From Selaginella moellendorffii (taxonomy: Eukaryota > Plantae > Lycopodiophyta), in the NCBI RefSeq assembly GCF_000143415.4, contig NW_003314357.1:1-64000 (forward strand): a stretch of 64,000 nt of DNA. Reading direction: 5' to 3'. Below are positions 39,074 to 52,441 of the stretch, piece after piece; position 1 is the stretch's first letter; each line of letters starts with the position of its first letter. Position numbers and translations under genes: made by a program. The notes below the pieces were generated by a model, which saw only the letters and a list, made by a program, of their open reading frames with translations, did not search any database and was not told the DNA's origin.

Positions 39074-40588
39074 CTAACTGATTATCTCCTCGATGATTCC
39101 TTTGCCGTCGTCAGTGTCGAAGTAGAAGAAGCTTCGCAAAGGATCTCCTTTGCCAGACAGAGCCTTGACTACTTCCTGTAGCGATTTAGTTTAGCGCTTT
39201 GCAAACAAGGAAGAGAAGAGGAGCGGCTTGCCTGGCCGAGGATGCCTCCCAGAATCGCAGACACCGGTGGAAACTCCGTGCCGTCCGCGCCAGCCAGCCC
39301 CGCGAGAAGGCTTTCCGGGATCAACGAGTCGGCCACGCCCTGTTAAAACCATCGCGGAGGTTAGTTTTTGCTTCCGCAATACACGAAACCACCACCACCT
39401 GTTTGCTGCACATTTGCGTTCGCAGCGCGAGCAGCTCCGGAAGATTTTCGGGGCCGGCTTGCCGTCCCGTCGCCTGAACAAATTCTTCGAGGACTGGCCA
39501 GCAAAGTTATAGTTGCGAACCCAGCCCCCAACATGAATGAACGCCCCTTACCTCGCATTGCAAAGAAGAGCTTACTTATCCTCTTTGGAAGGCAGTTCCA
39601 CGGAACGCTTGATACGTCCTACATGCTTACATTGTATACCAGTTTTATGATCCAGGAAACAAGGTCTCACCTCAAAGCTTGGGAACTTCTTTGTAAGCTC
39701 GCAACTCTCGGCAGCATCCGCCGCAGCCTGTAAGCCAAGTAAAAGAAAAGGTCAAAGCACATTTGTGACAAAAAATAAAAAGAAAAAAAAGTGGAGAATG
39801 AAAACCTTGGAAGTGTAAGTATGGGTCTGCAAATCGACAAAGATTTCCCCCCGTGAACCAATGCAGTCGACAGTGTAGAAGGAAACTTTGTGAGCCGATC
39901 TGCGACACAGCTCATTAATTCTCCTCTGTCAACAGAAACACATAGAGTAATCAGAGGAATGACAAGAAAGGCATCCAAGAAAGTAGAGCAAAAGGAGGGG
40001 AATCAAACAGAAAAGTAAACACACACACCTTGTCTTTGATAGCGGCACGGTTGAGGATGACAACGTCGTAGTTATCCACATCCATCACTGAAGTGCCTAA
40101 GAGAGAAAACAAAAACACTTGAGAGGAAGAACTGTTGAGCAGCAGTACCTTGAGCACTCGTGACGTCGACCATTGGGTTGAAATCTCGAAGAGCGGCAGC
40201 ACAGACCTCGGCAACGGACTTGTTCTCGTCAGTGGAAGCGTTGTGGTCATGGCACACCAGAAATGTGGAAGAACAAGGATCAAACACGGCCGGCCTGTCG
40301 TCCAGCACAACGAGGCTTCCAATTCCCGCTAGGACCAGATTCTTGCATGCCTGAACCAGCACACACAGTTTCACAGAGAAAAGAGAGAGATTTTGGTACC
40401 TCCGCTGTGACACCAGTCAATCCAGCCACAAGCACTCGAGATTTGCTCAGCCTGGAGCAAGGCAATGCCGCCGATCAGTGCGAATGACGAAAATCTTCCC
40501 ACCTTCTCTGCGCCTGGACGCCCCATACACGAATCTGGCGATCGTACACGGCCGTCTCCTGCTCCGTCAATGCAGCCTCCTCCTCCAT
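39074..40588 (-). CDS. SAE1: SUMO-activating enzyme E1 subunit 1 (multi-exon)
   Basis: MEEEAALTEQETAVYDRQIRVWG, ACKNLVLAGIGSL, LRDFNPMVDV; C-terminus EVVKALSGKGDPLRSFFYFDTDDGKGIIE. Confidence 0.9.
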
Positions 40589-40650
40589 AGCTTTTCAAGA
40601 ACCCTAGAAAAGCCCTAAAACCACATCTTTAAAACCGTGGCGCCAAGTTT

Positions 40651-41792
40651 CTATTTCTTGAGACCAAACAAGTTTTTGATACCATCTCCCCAACCAGCGG
40701 CGCCGCCGGGATTCTCCTTCTCCTGCGCCGCTTTGGCGGCCTTCTCCGCCTCGAAGCGGCCCAAGATCTCCGCCAGGGCCTTCTTCTGCCGCGCCGCCTC
40801 CTCGGGAGACAATGGCTCGTCCTCGTCCTTGCCTTTCTGCGACCGCGCCAGGAACGCTTGCTTCTGCCGCTCCATAGCTTCCCACTGCTTGGCCTTTTGC
40901 TTCTTCTTGGCCTCCAGCGCCTCCTTGAGCCCCCAGTCCTCGCGGCTGTCGTCGTATGTGTCGCCTGGAGCGATGAGCCTGGATGTTTGCTTGCCTTGGC
41001 CGGTTGCATCGTCCAAGCCACCCTCGCCTTTGGGCCCTGCCATCAATCCACTGGATCGTTCCATCTCCATGCGTTCCATACAAAGGAAGGAGTTTACCGA
41101 TGAGAACTCGCGCGTGCCCGATCTGCCCGTCCTTGTACTCGTACGCAACGAGGCCGATTGGTTTCTTGAGCAGCGGTCTCACCTGGGAGCAAGCAAGCAC
41201 ATCAATCCATCAAAACCAGAGATGGAGATGGCGATGGACGTAAGTGAAAGAGAAGGAGAACTAGCTTACGTCCTTCATGAACTTGACGTGCTCTGGAGAA
41301 CCTCGGAACGTCGTGAGATGCAGAAACGATTCGTATCGCTCCCAAAAGTGGTACACATTCTTCTCCTGCAAATCGGCCTTGCACTCAAACTGGAGGACGC
41401 CACACGCTTTGTCGCTCTTCTATCGAATCAAGGAAACGCCAAAAGCAATCAGCCAAATCCATCTCTCTCGCTACTAGAATTCCAAAAAATACCTGGCATT
41501 CGCTGGCCCAATCCAGAATCCCCTTGCACAAATCCACCACCGCCTCCTCCTTGCCCTCCTCGGCAACCAGAGTGGAGCTCATCACCAAGGATCGCCCGGT
41601 CTCCACTTTCTTGGCCGCCCTGATGCGCACACCTGACCTACATTGCTCTCGGCCGCTCGTCGCCGCCCGCCATATCCGTTGCTGCTGCTCCACAACAAAT
41701 CTCTCTCGCGGCCTTAACTCCACAGCTCCGCTCCGCCGGATCGCCGCTGCCTCCGCCGGCACCACGCAAGCGCCCGCCAATGCGGCAGCCAT
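40651..41792 (-). CDS. Probable plastid-targeted ABM (antibiotic biosynthesis monooxygenase-like) domain protein with charged C-terminal tail
   Basis: Transit-peptide-like N-terminus, spliced GVLQFECKADLQEKNVYHFWERYES...SPEHVKFMKD|VRPLL, and a K/E/A-rich helical tail. Internal exon boundaries are only partly resolved. Confidence 0.65.
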
Positions 41793-43107
41793 AGCCCAGA
41801 TCTTGGATAAACCCTAGCCCCGGCGCTTGAATGGCATCCAGGCGCGAATGTGGGTAAGATGAGGCGGCGGTATTATCATGGGCACCTCATTCCACCAGGG
41901 CTGGCTGGCTGGCTGGTGCTATTGCGTGATTGCCTCGCTGGGGCATTGTCATCGCCGGTCGTGCAATGCTGCCAACCACGTAGTTGCCCTGGCTGGGCAT
42001 AAGTATCATCATATAAATTAAAGAGGTAATTCGTCCCATCCTCTAGAAGCGGCAGTCAGACAAAGCCCGTGGTGTTGTCTGCGACGTCTCTTCTTGCTCT
42101 CTCATTTAATATGCGAGACCGTGAAAAATTTCGGGTCAATCCTTCTCCCTATCGTCTTCCCTTCTTTTCAAACGAAAGCAAAAGGAGAGCATATTAATCG
42201 ATTACACCCAGACAGTAACGTTAGGACAGGGAATGCGGCACATGGCCATGCACATGGGCATCATGGCCATACACATGCCATGCCATGCACGGTCAAGTAC
42301 GGGCCGGACGCACGGAGGACACGCACAAGTACGAGAGGAGAAAAGTCAACAAGAAACAGATGTAAGAAATAAGAAATGGGATGCCATGGCATGGCATGGA
42401 CCATAGCCTACATGGCGATTGGAGGATGGAACAATTTGTTTGGTGTTTGGTGGCCTGCCTTTGAAGAAGAGGAAGAAGGTACGTACCGCACCTCAGTCTT
42501 CTTCCTTTAACGACTTGCGTCGCTAGATTTAGCAGCGTGGCTGTAGTTGCTGGATCGACCGCTATCTCGCTGGGCCTCCAAGGGCGCGTCCCTCCAGATA
42601 TGGAGGCGGCGCGGGTTTTAGCGGAGGAGCCAGCTAGCTGGAGTAGTGGGCATTTTAGCTGGATGCTATAGGCTATATCCCACTTTTGCTCTGGTTCGTG
42701 TGCGTGTGAGTGCGCCTGATCCGGGCCGACCGTGCATTCCGTATCTGCTGGCCATTCCGGCCTGCAATCGCGAAAAATCCTGGCCGTTGGATCCGGCACT
42801 GGGTGTCAGGCTTTTCAATTGAGGGAGGCAGCAGCAGGGTTCCTCCAATGCGCGCAAGCTCTGGCTGCTGCTCGAGCCGCTGCTGGAGGATTTCTTTGTC
42901 TCGGCCATGCACTGGATGCCGATCTGCGGCGCCGCGTCTCGCATCGAGCTAAGCAGCTAGTTAGAATATTTGGGAATCGCCGCTCGGAATCGCCCCTCCG
43001 CTCGCACGGCGCCTCTGCGGCGCCTAGGCGGCAGAGATACAGCTTGAATCGTGGCACCGATCTCCCGAAGAAATTGAGGTGATTTTGGGGCTTGCTTTTC
43101 ACGGAGA

Positions 43108-46100
43108 ATGGAGAACGACGTAGAGAAGCCCAGCAAGGCTGCAATGCTCGAGGCCATTAACAAGGAGGCCGTTGATCTGGTAGGAAATCTTTCCTCTGGG
43201 GTGATGGAAAATCGATAATCTCTTTGGTTTGCTGCTGCCAGGAAAACATTCCCATTGAGGAGGTCTTTGATCAACTGCGATGCACGAGGAAAGGTCTGAC
43301 GAGCGAGGAGGGCGAGGAGCGCCTCAAAATTTTTGGTCATAACAGGCTAGAGGAGAAGCAGGTTTGTAGCATGCCTCTTAACACCAAGTGATAAGGAATA
43401 TAACTGGCACTTTGCATTGCAGGAGAGCAAGTTTTTTAAGTTCCTGGGATTCATGTGGAATCCTTTGTCTTGGGTGATGGAAGCTGCAGCAGTGATGGCC
43501 ATAGCTCTCGCTAACGGAGACGTGAGTACTGTCATGTTTCTAGCCTGCTTGATATGTATGCCGCCCTTGACAGAATCGGCCGCCCGACTGGCAAGACTTC
43601 GTTGGGATCATAGCATTGCTCGTCATTAACTCAACCATAAGCTTCATTGAAGAAAACAACGCTGGAAATGCGGCGGCGGCCTTAATGGCGCGTCTTGCAC
43701 CAAAGACTAAGGTAAGCATAGTTTAGTTGTACTTTCTGTCTTAAGCAGCTCGTGACTTTATTGTCCTTTCTATTTCTCTTCTATGTTTCTTTCAGGTGTT
43801 GCGAGACGGTCGATGGGGCGAGCAGGATGCCAGTATTTTAGTTCCCGGTGACATTGTAAGCATCAAGTTGGGAGATATCGTTCCAGCGGACGCCCGTTTA
43901 CTTGAAGGAGACCCTCTCAAAATAGACCAGGTACGCAGAACAAGCGTCACCTTACGACTCTAATGGTTTGCGCATGTTTTTGACTTGCAGTCCGCGCTTA
44001 CAGGCGAATCTCTACCTGTTACCAAGTATCCTGGCGACGAAGTTTACTCGGGGTCGACATGCAAGCAAGGAGAGATTGAGGCAGTTGTGATAGGGACGGG
44101 GGTTCACACTTTCTTTGGAAAGGCTGCACATCTGGTAGACACTACAAATCAAGTCGGTCATTTCCAGAAGGTAATATCATTTCCTTTTTGAATTTTTTTT
44201 TTTTCTGCAATCGTTTTTTCATTGTTTTCTTTCTCTCGCAGGTTCTTACAGCAATCGGAAACTTCTGCATATGCTCCATTGCGATTGGAATGGTTATCGA
44301 ACTTATAGTAATGTACCCCATCCAACATAGAACCTACAGGTCTGGGATTGACAACCTGCTGGTACTTTTGATTGGAGGCATCCCCATCGCTATGCCCACT
44401 GTTCTCTCCGTGACAATGGCAATTGGCTCTCACCGGCTTGCGCAGCAGGTAAGAAACTAGTGATCAGGAATGCTGACAATGGGCATGTGTTTGGTCAGGG
44501 TGCTATTACTAAGCGAATGACTGCAATAGAGGAGATGGCAGGAATGGATGTCCTTTGCAGTGACAAGACCGGCACCTTAACTTTGAATAAGCTAACCGTC
44601 GACAAGAATCTCGTGGAGGTACTTAAGTTTTATCCAAGACTGAACGTTTTTAAGTGCTGTGTTCGTTCTGCACAGGTTTTTGCAAAAGGATACGACAAAG
44701 ATTACGTTTTGCTACTTGCTGCTAGAGCGTCAAGGATGGAAAATCAAGATGCCATTGACGCAGCTGTTGTCGGTACGCTTGCTGATCCAAAGGAGGTACG
44801 TTATCGGTTTTGTTTCCTACTGTTTTCTTATGATGTAAACTGCTTAGGCCCGTGCTGGTATTGAGGAAGTTCACTTTCTTCCATTTAATCCTACGGATAA
44901 GCGTACTGCTCTGACTTATATTGACTCTGACGGGAAGATGCACAGAGCCAGCAAAGGCGCACCTGAGCAGGTGTTTTCTCTATGTTGTTTGGTTGCAGCT
45001 CTAAGCCGTGGGCGTATATGCAGATATTAGATCTTTCTTACAATAAGGTTGAGATTGCTCAAAGGGTGCACGCCGTCATTGACAAATTTGCTGAGCGTGG
45101 CCTTCGCTCTCTTGCAGTCGCATGCCAGGTAATGGAATGTTGGACTGTTGGCTGCTAATGCTAACAGCATATGTACTTACAGGACGTTCCCGAGGGCAAC
45201 AAAGAGAGTCCAGGGGGTCCATGGCAATTTGTAGGCTTAATGCCTTTGTTTGATCCTCCTCGGCATGACAGCGCCGAGACTATTCGTAGGGCCCTGAATC
45301 TTGGGGTCAACGTAAAGATGATAACTGGTACGTCTGTTCTTGAGCATTCTGGTGCTGGTTTTTTACGTGTCACTACCGCCAGGGGACCAGCTTGCTATTG
45401 GCAAAGAAACTGGCCGACGTCTTGGCATGGGAACTAACATGTATCCGTCATCTTCGCTTCTTGGACAAAGCAAAGGGGAGGCATTTGAAGGATTGCCAAT
45501 TGACGAACTGATTGAAAAAGCCGATGGATTTGCGGGGGTATTTCCAGGTAATCTTGTTATTTGCTGAAGCCAACTATGTTACCTTTCTCATGTGCAGAGC
45601 ACAAGTACGAGATAGTAAAGCGCTTGCAAATGAAGAAGCATATATGTGGAATGACTGGTGACGGTGTCAATGATGCGCCTGCTCTGAAGAAGGCAGATAT
45701 AGGAATTGCAGTGGCAGATGCAACAGATGCAGCAAGGGGTGCTTCAGATATAGTCCTGACAGAACCTGGCCTGAGCGTGATAATAAGCGCCGTGCTAACA
45801 AGTCGCGCGATTTTTCAGAGGATGAAGAACTATACTGTAAGTTTTGATACATTCGATGGTCTCTTGTTAGCTTATGTGTGGTTTTACAGATTTATGCCGT
45901 ATCCATCACTATAAGGATAGTGGTAAGTATGCACTTTTCTTTGACTTCAAAGGATTTTGATACACATGTTTTTCTTCGTTAGCTTGGTTTTATGCTGCTG
46001 GCGTTGATATGGAAGTTCGATTTTCCCCCATTCATGGTGCTAATCATTGCAATATTGAACGATGGTACGTAAAAGATTTCTCTTCGCTGTTTATGACCTT

Positions 46101-47140
46101 GCTGTTGCTGGGCAGGCACAATCATGACCATCTCCAAGGACAGAGTGAAACCATCTCCTTTGCCTGACAGTTGGAAGCTCTCGGAGATTTTTGCGACAGG
46201 AGTTGTGATCGGCAGTTACCTTGCGCTTATGACAGTCATTTTCTACTGGCTGGCAGACAAGACTACCTTTTTCCCTGTAAGTAGACTTGTGTTTCAGTAT
46301 CAACGCTAAATTCTTTTCTTTTAGGACCATTTCCACGTTCCTCACATTGGAAGCGATGCCAACAAAATGCATTCGGCCATCTATTTGCAAGTTAGTATCG
46401 TAAGCCAGGCTCTGATTTTCGTCACGAGGTCGAGAAGCTGGTCCTTCATGGAAAGGCCTGGATTTCTTCTCGTTGTGGCGTTTCTTATTGCCCAGCTGGT
46501 AAGTTACACAATTTTGATTTTGGTTCGGATTGAGCGAGAGATGTTATTGTCAGATTGCGACTTTTATTGCCGTGTACGCCAACTGGGGCTTTGCCTTTGT
46601 GGAGGGAATTGGCTGGGGTTGGGCCGGTGTTATATGGCTATACAACATCGTCTTCTACTTCCCTCTGGATGTTATCAAGTTCGCTGTGCGTTACATACTA
46701 AGTGGCAGAGCATGGGAGCTTCTATTCGAGCAAAGAGTAAGTGGTGTTATACCTTTGCCTGCCGGGAGACTGACTATTTCCATTTTGGTGTGTTCCAGAC
46801 TGCTTTTACGCGCCAAAAAGACTTCGGAAGGGAGGCTCGGGAAGTGAAGTGGGCTCAGGCGCAACGAACTCTACACGGGCTCCAGCCACCGGACTTCAAG
46901 ATACCCGAGAAGGGTACTCACAAAGAGACGTCAGACATGGCCGAGCAGGCTTTAAGGAGAGCCGAGATTGCAAGGTACTTTTCTGTTTTTCCTTTGTTTT
47001 TTGTGTGTCAACAAGGCTAAGCCGCGGATGCATGGCAATGCAGGTTGAGAGAGCTTCACACTTTAAAGGGTCACGTCGAATCTGTAGTGAGGTTGAAAGG
47101 CTTGGACATCAACACCATCCAGCAGGCCTACACTGTCTAG
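43108..47140 (+). CDS. AHA: Plasma-membrane P3A-type H+-ATPase (~20 short introns)
   Basis: [53 protein letters not shown]; C-terminal QQAYTV* carries the penultimate Thr 14-3-3 site. Confidence 0.97.
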
Positions 47141-47251
47141 AGGCGATCGATCGAGTGAGCGACGCGATAGTAGTGGAATGTGGATATATTTCCAGTGATG
47201 CTAGTGAGCTAGCTAGCACAGCTATGGTGGTTTGTAGCGTTTGGACAATTA

Positions 47252-48937
47252 TCATACTGACATATATGTTGAATAATAGGAGATAGGAGAGAAAGCGGAG
47301 CGTGACAAGACGCTTTGTAACACTTTGTCGTCACAATGCATGGCCGTGGCGGATACAAGCGAGGCGACTGATGGGCGATACTGCGGGAGTGACTCGACAA
47401 GTTCTTGTGCGAGCACAAGCTGGCCGGATCGCGCGATGCTATCGACAATGCAGCTGTGGTGGTCGGGCGTGGGAGTGATTTGCCAGTCGGTTTGCATGGA
47501 GCGGAAGAGCCGGCATGCCGCGGCGGTAAGCCCAACGTGGCTGCATGCCACCAGCAAGCACACAAAGGTAATGTTATCGGGCGGTATGCCGCACAGTAGC
47601 ATGTCACGGAAACGGTGGAATGCGGTAATGGTGTCGCTGTGGCGGGCATAGCCGGCAATAAGGCCATTCCAGGTGTTCGTGGTGGGAGCCGGGGCGAGAG
47701 ACAAAAACTGTTCGGCTTTATTCAGATGCCCGGCTTGGGCATTTGCTGCAACAACAGCATTCCAAGAGAGCTGGTTTTTTTGTGGTGTCGATTCAAACAT
47801 TTCCATTGCTTGTTGGAGCTGTCCAGCGCGAGCAAGCGCAGCCACAGTGACGTTCCAAGTGGTTGTATCCCAAGCGGGCATCTTCTGGCGGAAGGACGTG
47901 AAGGTGGCGACGTTGTCGGCAAAGAAGCCGAGCATCGAGTTCCAGGTGATGACAGTCCGTGTGCCGCGCGGCATGGCGTCGAACAGGCGCCGTGCGGTAT
48001 CCACGCGCCCCGCAGAGCCGTAGGCGGTAAGCATGGCGGTCCATGACGCGGCGTCCTTGCGCGGCGTGGCGTCAAACACCCGCTGGGCATCCTCCAGCTG
48101 ACCCAGCCGCGCATACCCGTGCAGCAGCACGTTCCACGACACCGTGTCGTGCGTCAGCATGGCCGTGTGGAAGAAGCGCCCGGCGTCGCCCATCCTGCCC
48201 GCCGCGCAGTGGGCGTGCAGCATGACGTTGCAGGCCACCTGGTCGTGCCACGGCATGCAGCCGAAGGTCCGCGCGGCATGCCCGTCTTGCCCCGCCGCGG
48301 CATATGCCATTACCAGTGCGTTCCAGGCCACCACGTCGCGCCCCGAGGGAATGCACTCGTCAAAGATGGCCACAGAGAGATCCGTTATCCCGGCGCGCGC
48401 GTAGGCTCCCATCATAACTGTCCAGGAGATCGTGTTCGGCTGGGGCATAGCGTGGAGCAGCTTTGCTGCCTGAGACAAATGCCCAGCCTCGGCATTTGCT
48501 GCAACGAGAGCATTCCATGAAGATGCGTTCCATTGCGGCATTTTCGAGTGAACTTTCTCAGCTTGTTCAAGGTGATCTGTAGACGAAGATGCTGCAAGAA
48601 ACGCGTTCCAGGCCACAATGTCGCGCCTGGGCATTGCGTCAAACACCTCTCGCGCCTGCAGGACATGCCCGTTGCTGGCAAATGCCGTGAGGAGGATTGT
48701 CCAGGAGAAGAGATTGGGACGAGGCAGGGTCGAGAAGATGGCCGCTGCATCGTCGGCGCTTCCACACTTGCCATACATTTCCATGAGGAGGTTCAAGTGG
48801 AAGCGCGCTTGCTGCTGGTGATCTTGATTTTGGTGCTGCTGGACGACCAAGGCGTGGAGCCGGCGCGCTTGCGCCAAATCCTTGGCGTGGCCACAGCTCC
48901 GGATCATGGCCTGGAGCGCAACTGTGTCCATCTTCAT
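47252..48937 (-). CDS. Intronless PLS-type pentatricopeptide repeat protein with partial E extension, no DYW domain
   Basis: 561-aa ORF of ~31-35 aa repeats (VFDAMPRRDIVAWNA...), ending ITFVCLLVACSHVG...PDHHSCIVDSIARSGQL. Confidence 0.92.
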   Translation of the reverse strand: MKMDTVALQAMIRSCGHAKDLAQARRLHALVVQQHQNQDHQQQARFHLNLLMEMYGKCGSADDAAAIFSTLPRPNLFSWTILLTAFASNGHVLQAREVFDAMPRRDIVAWNAFLAASSSTDHLEQAEKVHSKMPQWNASSWNALVAANAEAGHLSQAAKLLHAMPQPNTISWTVMMGAYARAGITDLSVAIFDECIPSGRDVVAWNALVMAYAAAGQDGHAARTFGCMPWHDQVACNVMLHAHCAAGRMGDAGRFFHTAMLTHDTVSWNVLLHGYARLGQLEDAQRVFDATPRKDAASWTAMLTAYGSAGRVDTARRLFDAMPRGTRTVITWNSMLGFFADNVATFTSFRQKMPAWDTTTWNVTVAALARAGQLQQAMEMFESTPQKNQLSWNAVVAANAQAGHLNKAEQFLSLAPAPTTNTWNGLIAGYARHSDTITAFHRFRDMLLCGIPPDNITFVCLLVACSHVGLTAAACRLFRSMQTDWQITPTPDHHSCIVDSIARSGQLVLAQELVESLPQYRPSVASLVSATAMHCDDKVLQSVLSRSAFSPISYYSTYMSV

Positions 48938-49015
48938 CCATGAGTACTCCTCTTTTTTTCTTGGTCTTCCCTTGGCTCCAAATAAACCCTATCTAGGTTA
49001 GGGGAGAACAGGGGA

Positions 49016-51630
49016 ATGGCGATGGATGGCGACGCCCTGGCGGCGACGGCGCTGCTGCTGCGCGACAGCCTTCACAGGAGCCAGAGCGTGACGCAGAGCG
49101 TGATGAGCATCCTGGGATCGTTCGATGCGCGGCTGTCGGGCCTGGAATCCGCCATGCGCCCCACGCAGGTAAGAAATTTCTCATCGAAGCGTCTCTCTCT
49201 CTCTCTCTCGATTCCTCCTCATCGTGATCTCTCGCTAGCTGCGCACGCACTCGTACAGGACTGTCCACCACAACATCGACAAGACGCTCAAGGCGGCTCA
49301 AGCGATTCTCACGCGCTTTGATGTGTCGCGGCAGGTAAGACATTTTCCAAGGAGAGAGAAGTGAAAAGAGAATCACTGCTTATCTGTCAGGTGGAAACCA
49401 AGATCCTCAAAGGGCCTCGGGAGGATCTGGGAGGCTACGTCGCGGCCGTGGATGAGATCAAGCGCAACATCGAGTTCTTTACTTACAATCGCAGCTTTAA
49501 GAATGACGACGCTGCGCTCACCCATGCACGTACGCTTCTTTCCAAAGCCATGGAGAAGCTAAATGGAGAGCTCAAACTTGTCCTCTCCCAGCACGGGTAA
49601 GACAGGCGTTTTCTTTTCTCTCATTCTTGTTTCTCATCTCATCTTGGCTCCCTCTGTGCAGCAAGCCGGTGGAACCAGCACGGCTCTTGGAATCCTTGCC
49701 CAAGACTGCCCCAGCGCACCATGACAATTCTACACCTGATGCTCCTGCCACCACCAACGATGCGGTTGTGCTTCCGATGCTACTCCCCCCCAGGATTGTC
49801 CCTCAGTTGCACGATATCGCTGAGCGCATGATCGGCTCTGGTCACCACCAGCAATGCTTGAAAACTTACAGGTTTGGTCTAAGGGAAAACTGTTACATCA
49901 TAACTTAGTTTTTACCTTGCAGAGACGCGAGAGCATCTGTATTGGAGCAGAGCCTCCGTAAGCTAGGAGTGGAGAAGCTCACGCGAGAAGACGTCCAAAA
50001 ACTACAATGGGAGGTGCTGGAGGGAAAGATTGGCAACTGGATCCAACACATGCGCGCTGCTGTAAGTCATTCTTTCTCTTTTGTCTCCATTTTTATTTTT
50101 TTCTTTCATAGAGAGAGAAGTTTTTTGTTGCGCTTTAACATAAGAGAAGGATAAAAAACACAGGTCAAACTCCTCTTTGCAGCGGAATGGAAGCTCTGCA
50201 ATCAAGTCTTCGATGGCCTAGATCCTTACCGAGAGGCTTGTTTTGCAGAAATCACTCAGAACAGCTTCAGCGTGCTGAGCAGCACCGGCGAAGCCATTGC
50301 TAGGAGCAAAAAGTCCCCTGAGAAGCTCTTTGTGCTCCTGGACATGTTCGAGACTATGCATGATCTTCTGCCGGAGGTATCTCATCTCGTCTCTGGTTTC
50401 TTAATTGGCTGCGCTGTGCAGATGAAAACAATGTTCGCAGGGGAGACATCAGCTTCTGTTCGTGATGCAGCTGCTGGTCTCACTCAGAAGCTAGCACAAA
50501 CTGCTCGTGATACCTTTGATGATTTTCTGGATGCTGTGGAGAAAGACGCAACCAAAACTGCTGTCCAGGATGGTACGGTCCACCCGCTTACGAGTTACGT
50601 CATTAACTATGTCAAGTTTCTCTTTGAGTAAGTGGTTAATCTGCCTCTGGTAGCTGGACATAACTTGCTGTTTGTTTGTCTCCTTTGGTTTCGAGCAGCT
50701 ACCAAATCACATTGAGGCAACTCTTTGATGAGGAGGACAAGGATGTGTCGAGTTCCCGGTTGGCAGCAGCGACATCGAAAATTATGGTCGTTTTACAGAA
50801 CAATCTTGACTCTAAGGCGAAGCAGTACAAGGACCCTGCTCTGACGCATATCTTTCTCATGAACAACATCCATTACATGGTTAAATCCGTGCGAAGGTAT
50901 AAGCAAGCAAGCAAGCCTTGGGAGCTAAAAGTCATACCTCTCTGCAGGTCGGAGGCTAAAGACCTTCTCGGGGATGACTGGATTCAAAGGCATCGCCGCA
51001 TCGTCCAGCAGCATGCTCAGGCATATCAGCGCACAGCGTGGGGAAAGGTATTGGTTTTTTTTTTCCTGGCTTGCTTGAAGCAAACTTGGCTGGGTATTGC
51101 AGCTACTTCAATACCTCAGTGGCCAGGGATTGTCGTCCTCTTCGGGAGGCAGCGGGATGAGTACGGGAGGAGCTCCTGACGGAACCAGCAGTGGGATATC
51201 CAGAGCCGTGCTGAAAGAAAGGTTTGTGAGTGGTTTTCTTTCTTGTTATTTGTTGTCAAGGTGAGAGTTCACACAGGTTCAAAAACTTCAACATTTTGTT
51301 CGAGGAGCTTCATCAACGGCAGTCCCAATGGACCATTCCAGACGCGGAGCTGCGAGATGCGGTGCGGCTGGCTGTCGCCGAGGTGCTACTCCCAGCATAC
51401 CGGAGTTTCATCAAACGCTACAGGTTTTTTTTTTTTCTTTTGTTTTGTTCACGAGGGAAGATACGGATGCTCTGCAATGCAGTGCCATTTTGGAGAATGG
51501 GAAGAACACGCAGAGGTACATCAAGTACACGGCGGACGACTTGGATCGCTTGCTGGGCGAGCTGTTCGAAGGCAAGACTAGAGGCGGTCCTGGAAGTGGT
51601 GGCGGCAGCAGTGGTGGCGAACGAAGATAG
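49016..51630 (+). CDS. EXO70A1: Exocyst subunit Exo70, A clade (multi-exon)
   Basis: SILGSFDARLSGLESAMRPTQ, SPEKLFVLLDMFE, DGTVHPLTSYVINYVKFL, FLMNNIHYMV, LLPAYRSF; intron-rich, as in the A clade. Confidence 0.93.
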
Positions 51631-51719
51631 TGAAAGTTTTGTGTTGTGGAGGATGTGAATATATGTAAGTTTTCGACGCGTGAGAGAGAAGATATAGGTC
51701 ACAGGGGAGAGGAGAAGCG

Positions 51720-52276
51720 ATGAAGGAGGTGGGGTGGTGGACGAGGAACCACGGCTACAAGGCGTGGGCAGTGGCGATTATCCTGCTGCTGGCGGTGTGG
51801 TCGATGCTGTCGGGGAGCGCGGGGCTGGGCCTGGCCAGGAAATGGTCCGCCGCAGCACACACGCAAACGAGCCGCTTCTGGTTGGCGGCCATGGATCACT
51901 ACCATGGAGGAGGTGGCGACGAGGACGAATTGGCGAGTGTGGATCCACTGGTGGGTTTGCTTTGTCTTGGGTGGTGGTGGTGGCTGGCTTGGATCGACAA
52001 TGTAGGCTTGTATCTTGGCAGGAGGCGGAGATGCGAGAGAAGATTGTGCGGCATGCCTGGAGTGGCTACCGTTTCGGCAGCAAGGAGGACAAGAGCAGTG
52101 GCAGCTTCTGGCAGGATGCGTTCGAGGCGGCGTTTGAGGAGCTGGAGAGCGACAAGAGCACGGTGAGTGATGGCGCAGTGCGCGAGATCGCGAAGCTGTC
52201 GGCACGCCTCGGCGCTTTTGGGGTGGACGTGAACACCGGCAAGCCCAGGAATGGCAAAGCCAAGAAACAAATCTAG
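51720..52276 (+). CDS. DUF1195-family plant membrane protein (exons 51720-51950, 52022-52276)
   Basis: GYKAWAVAIILLLAVWSML, E-REKIVRHAW, FWQDAFEAAFEEL, AVREIAKLS. Confidence 0.78.
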
Positions 52277-52441
52277 CAGAGCGAGGAACTAGAGCAAACG
52301 ACGCTTCCACTGCATTCAACTTCGTGATCTTGTAAGCTTGCAAATATGTAGAAACCAAAAACTCCCTTTTTGCCTCTCGAGATCTCCTTGCATGGGAGCA
52401 TTCCACCGAAACAAACCTGTTTATTTGAGCCTCATGGGAGC

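Noticed and set aside
42240-42400. CATG-rich RY-like repeats / short inverted repeat as a MIRNA
   Set aside because: Low complexity, and the pairing is only about 15 bp.
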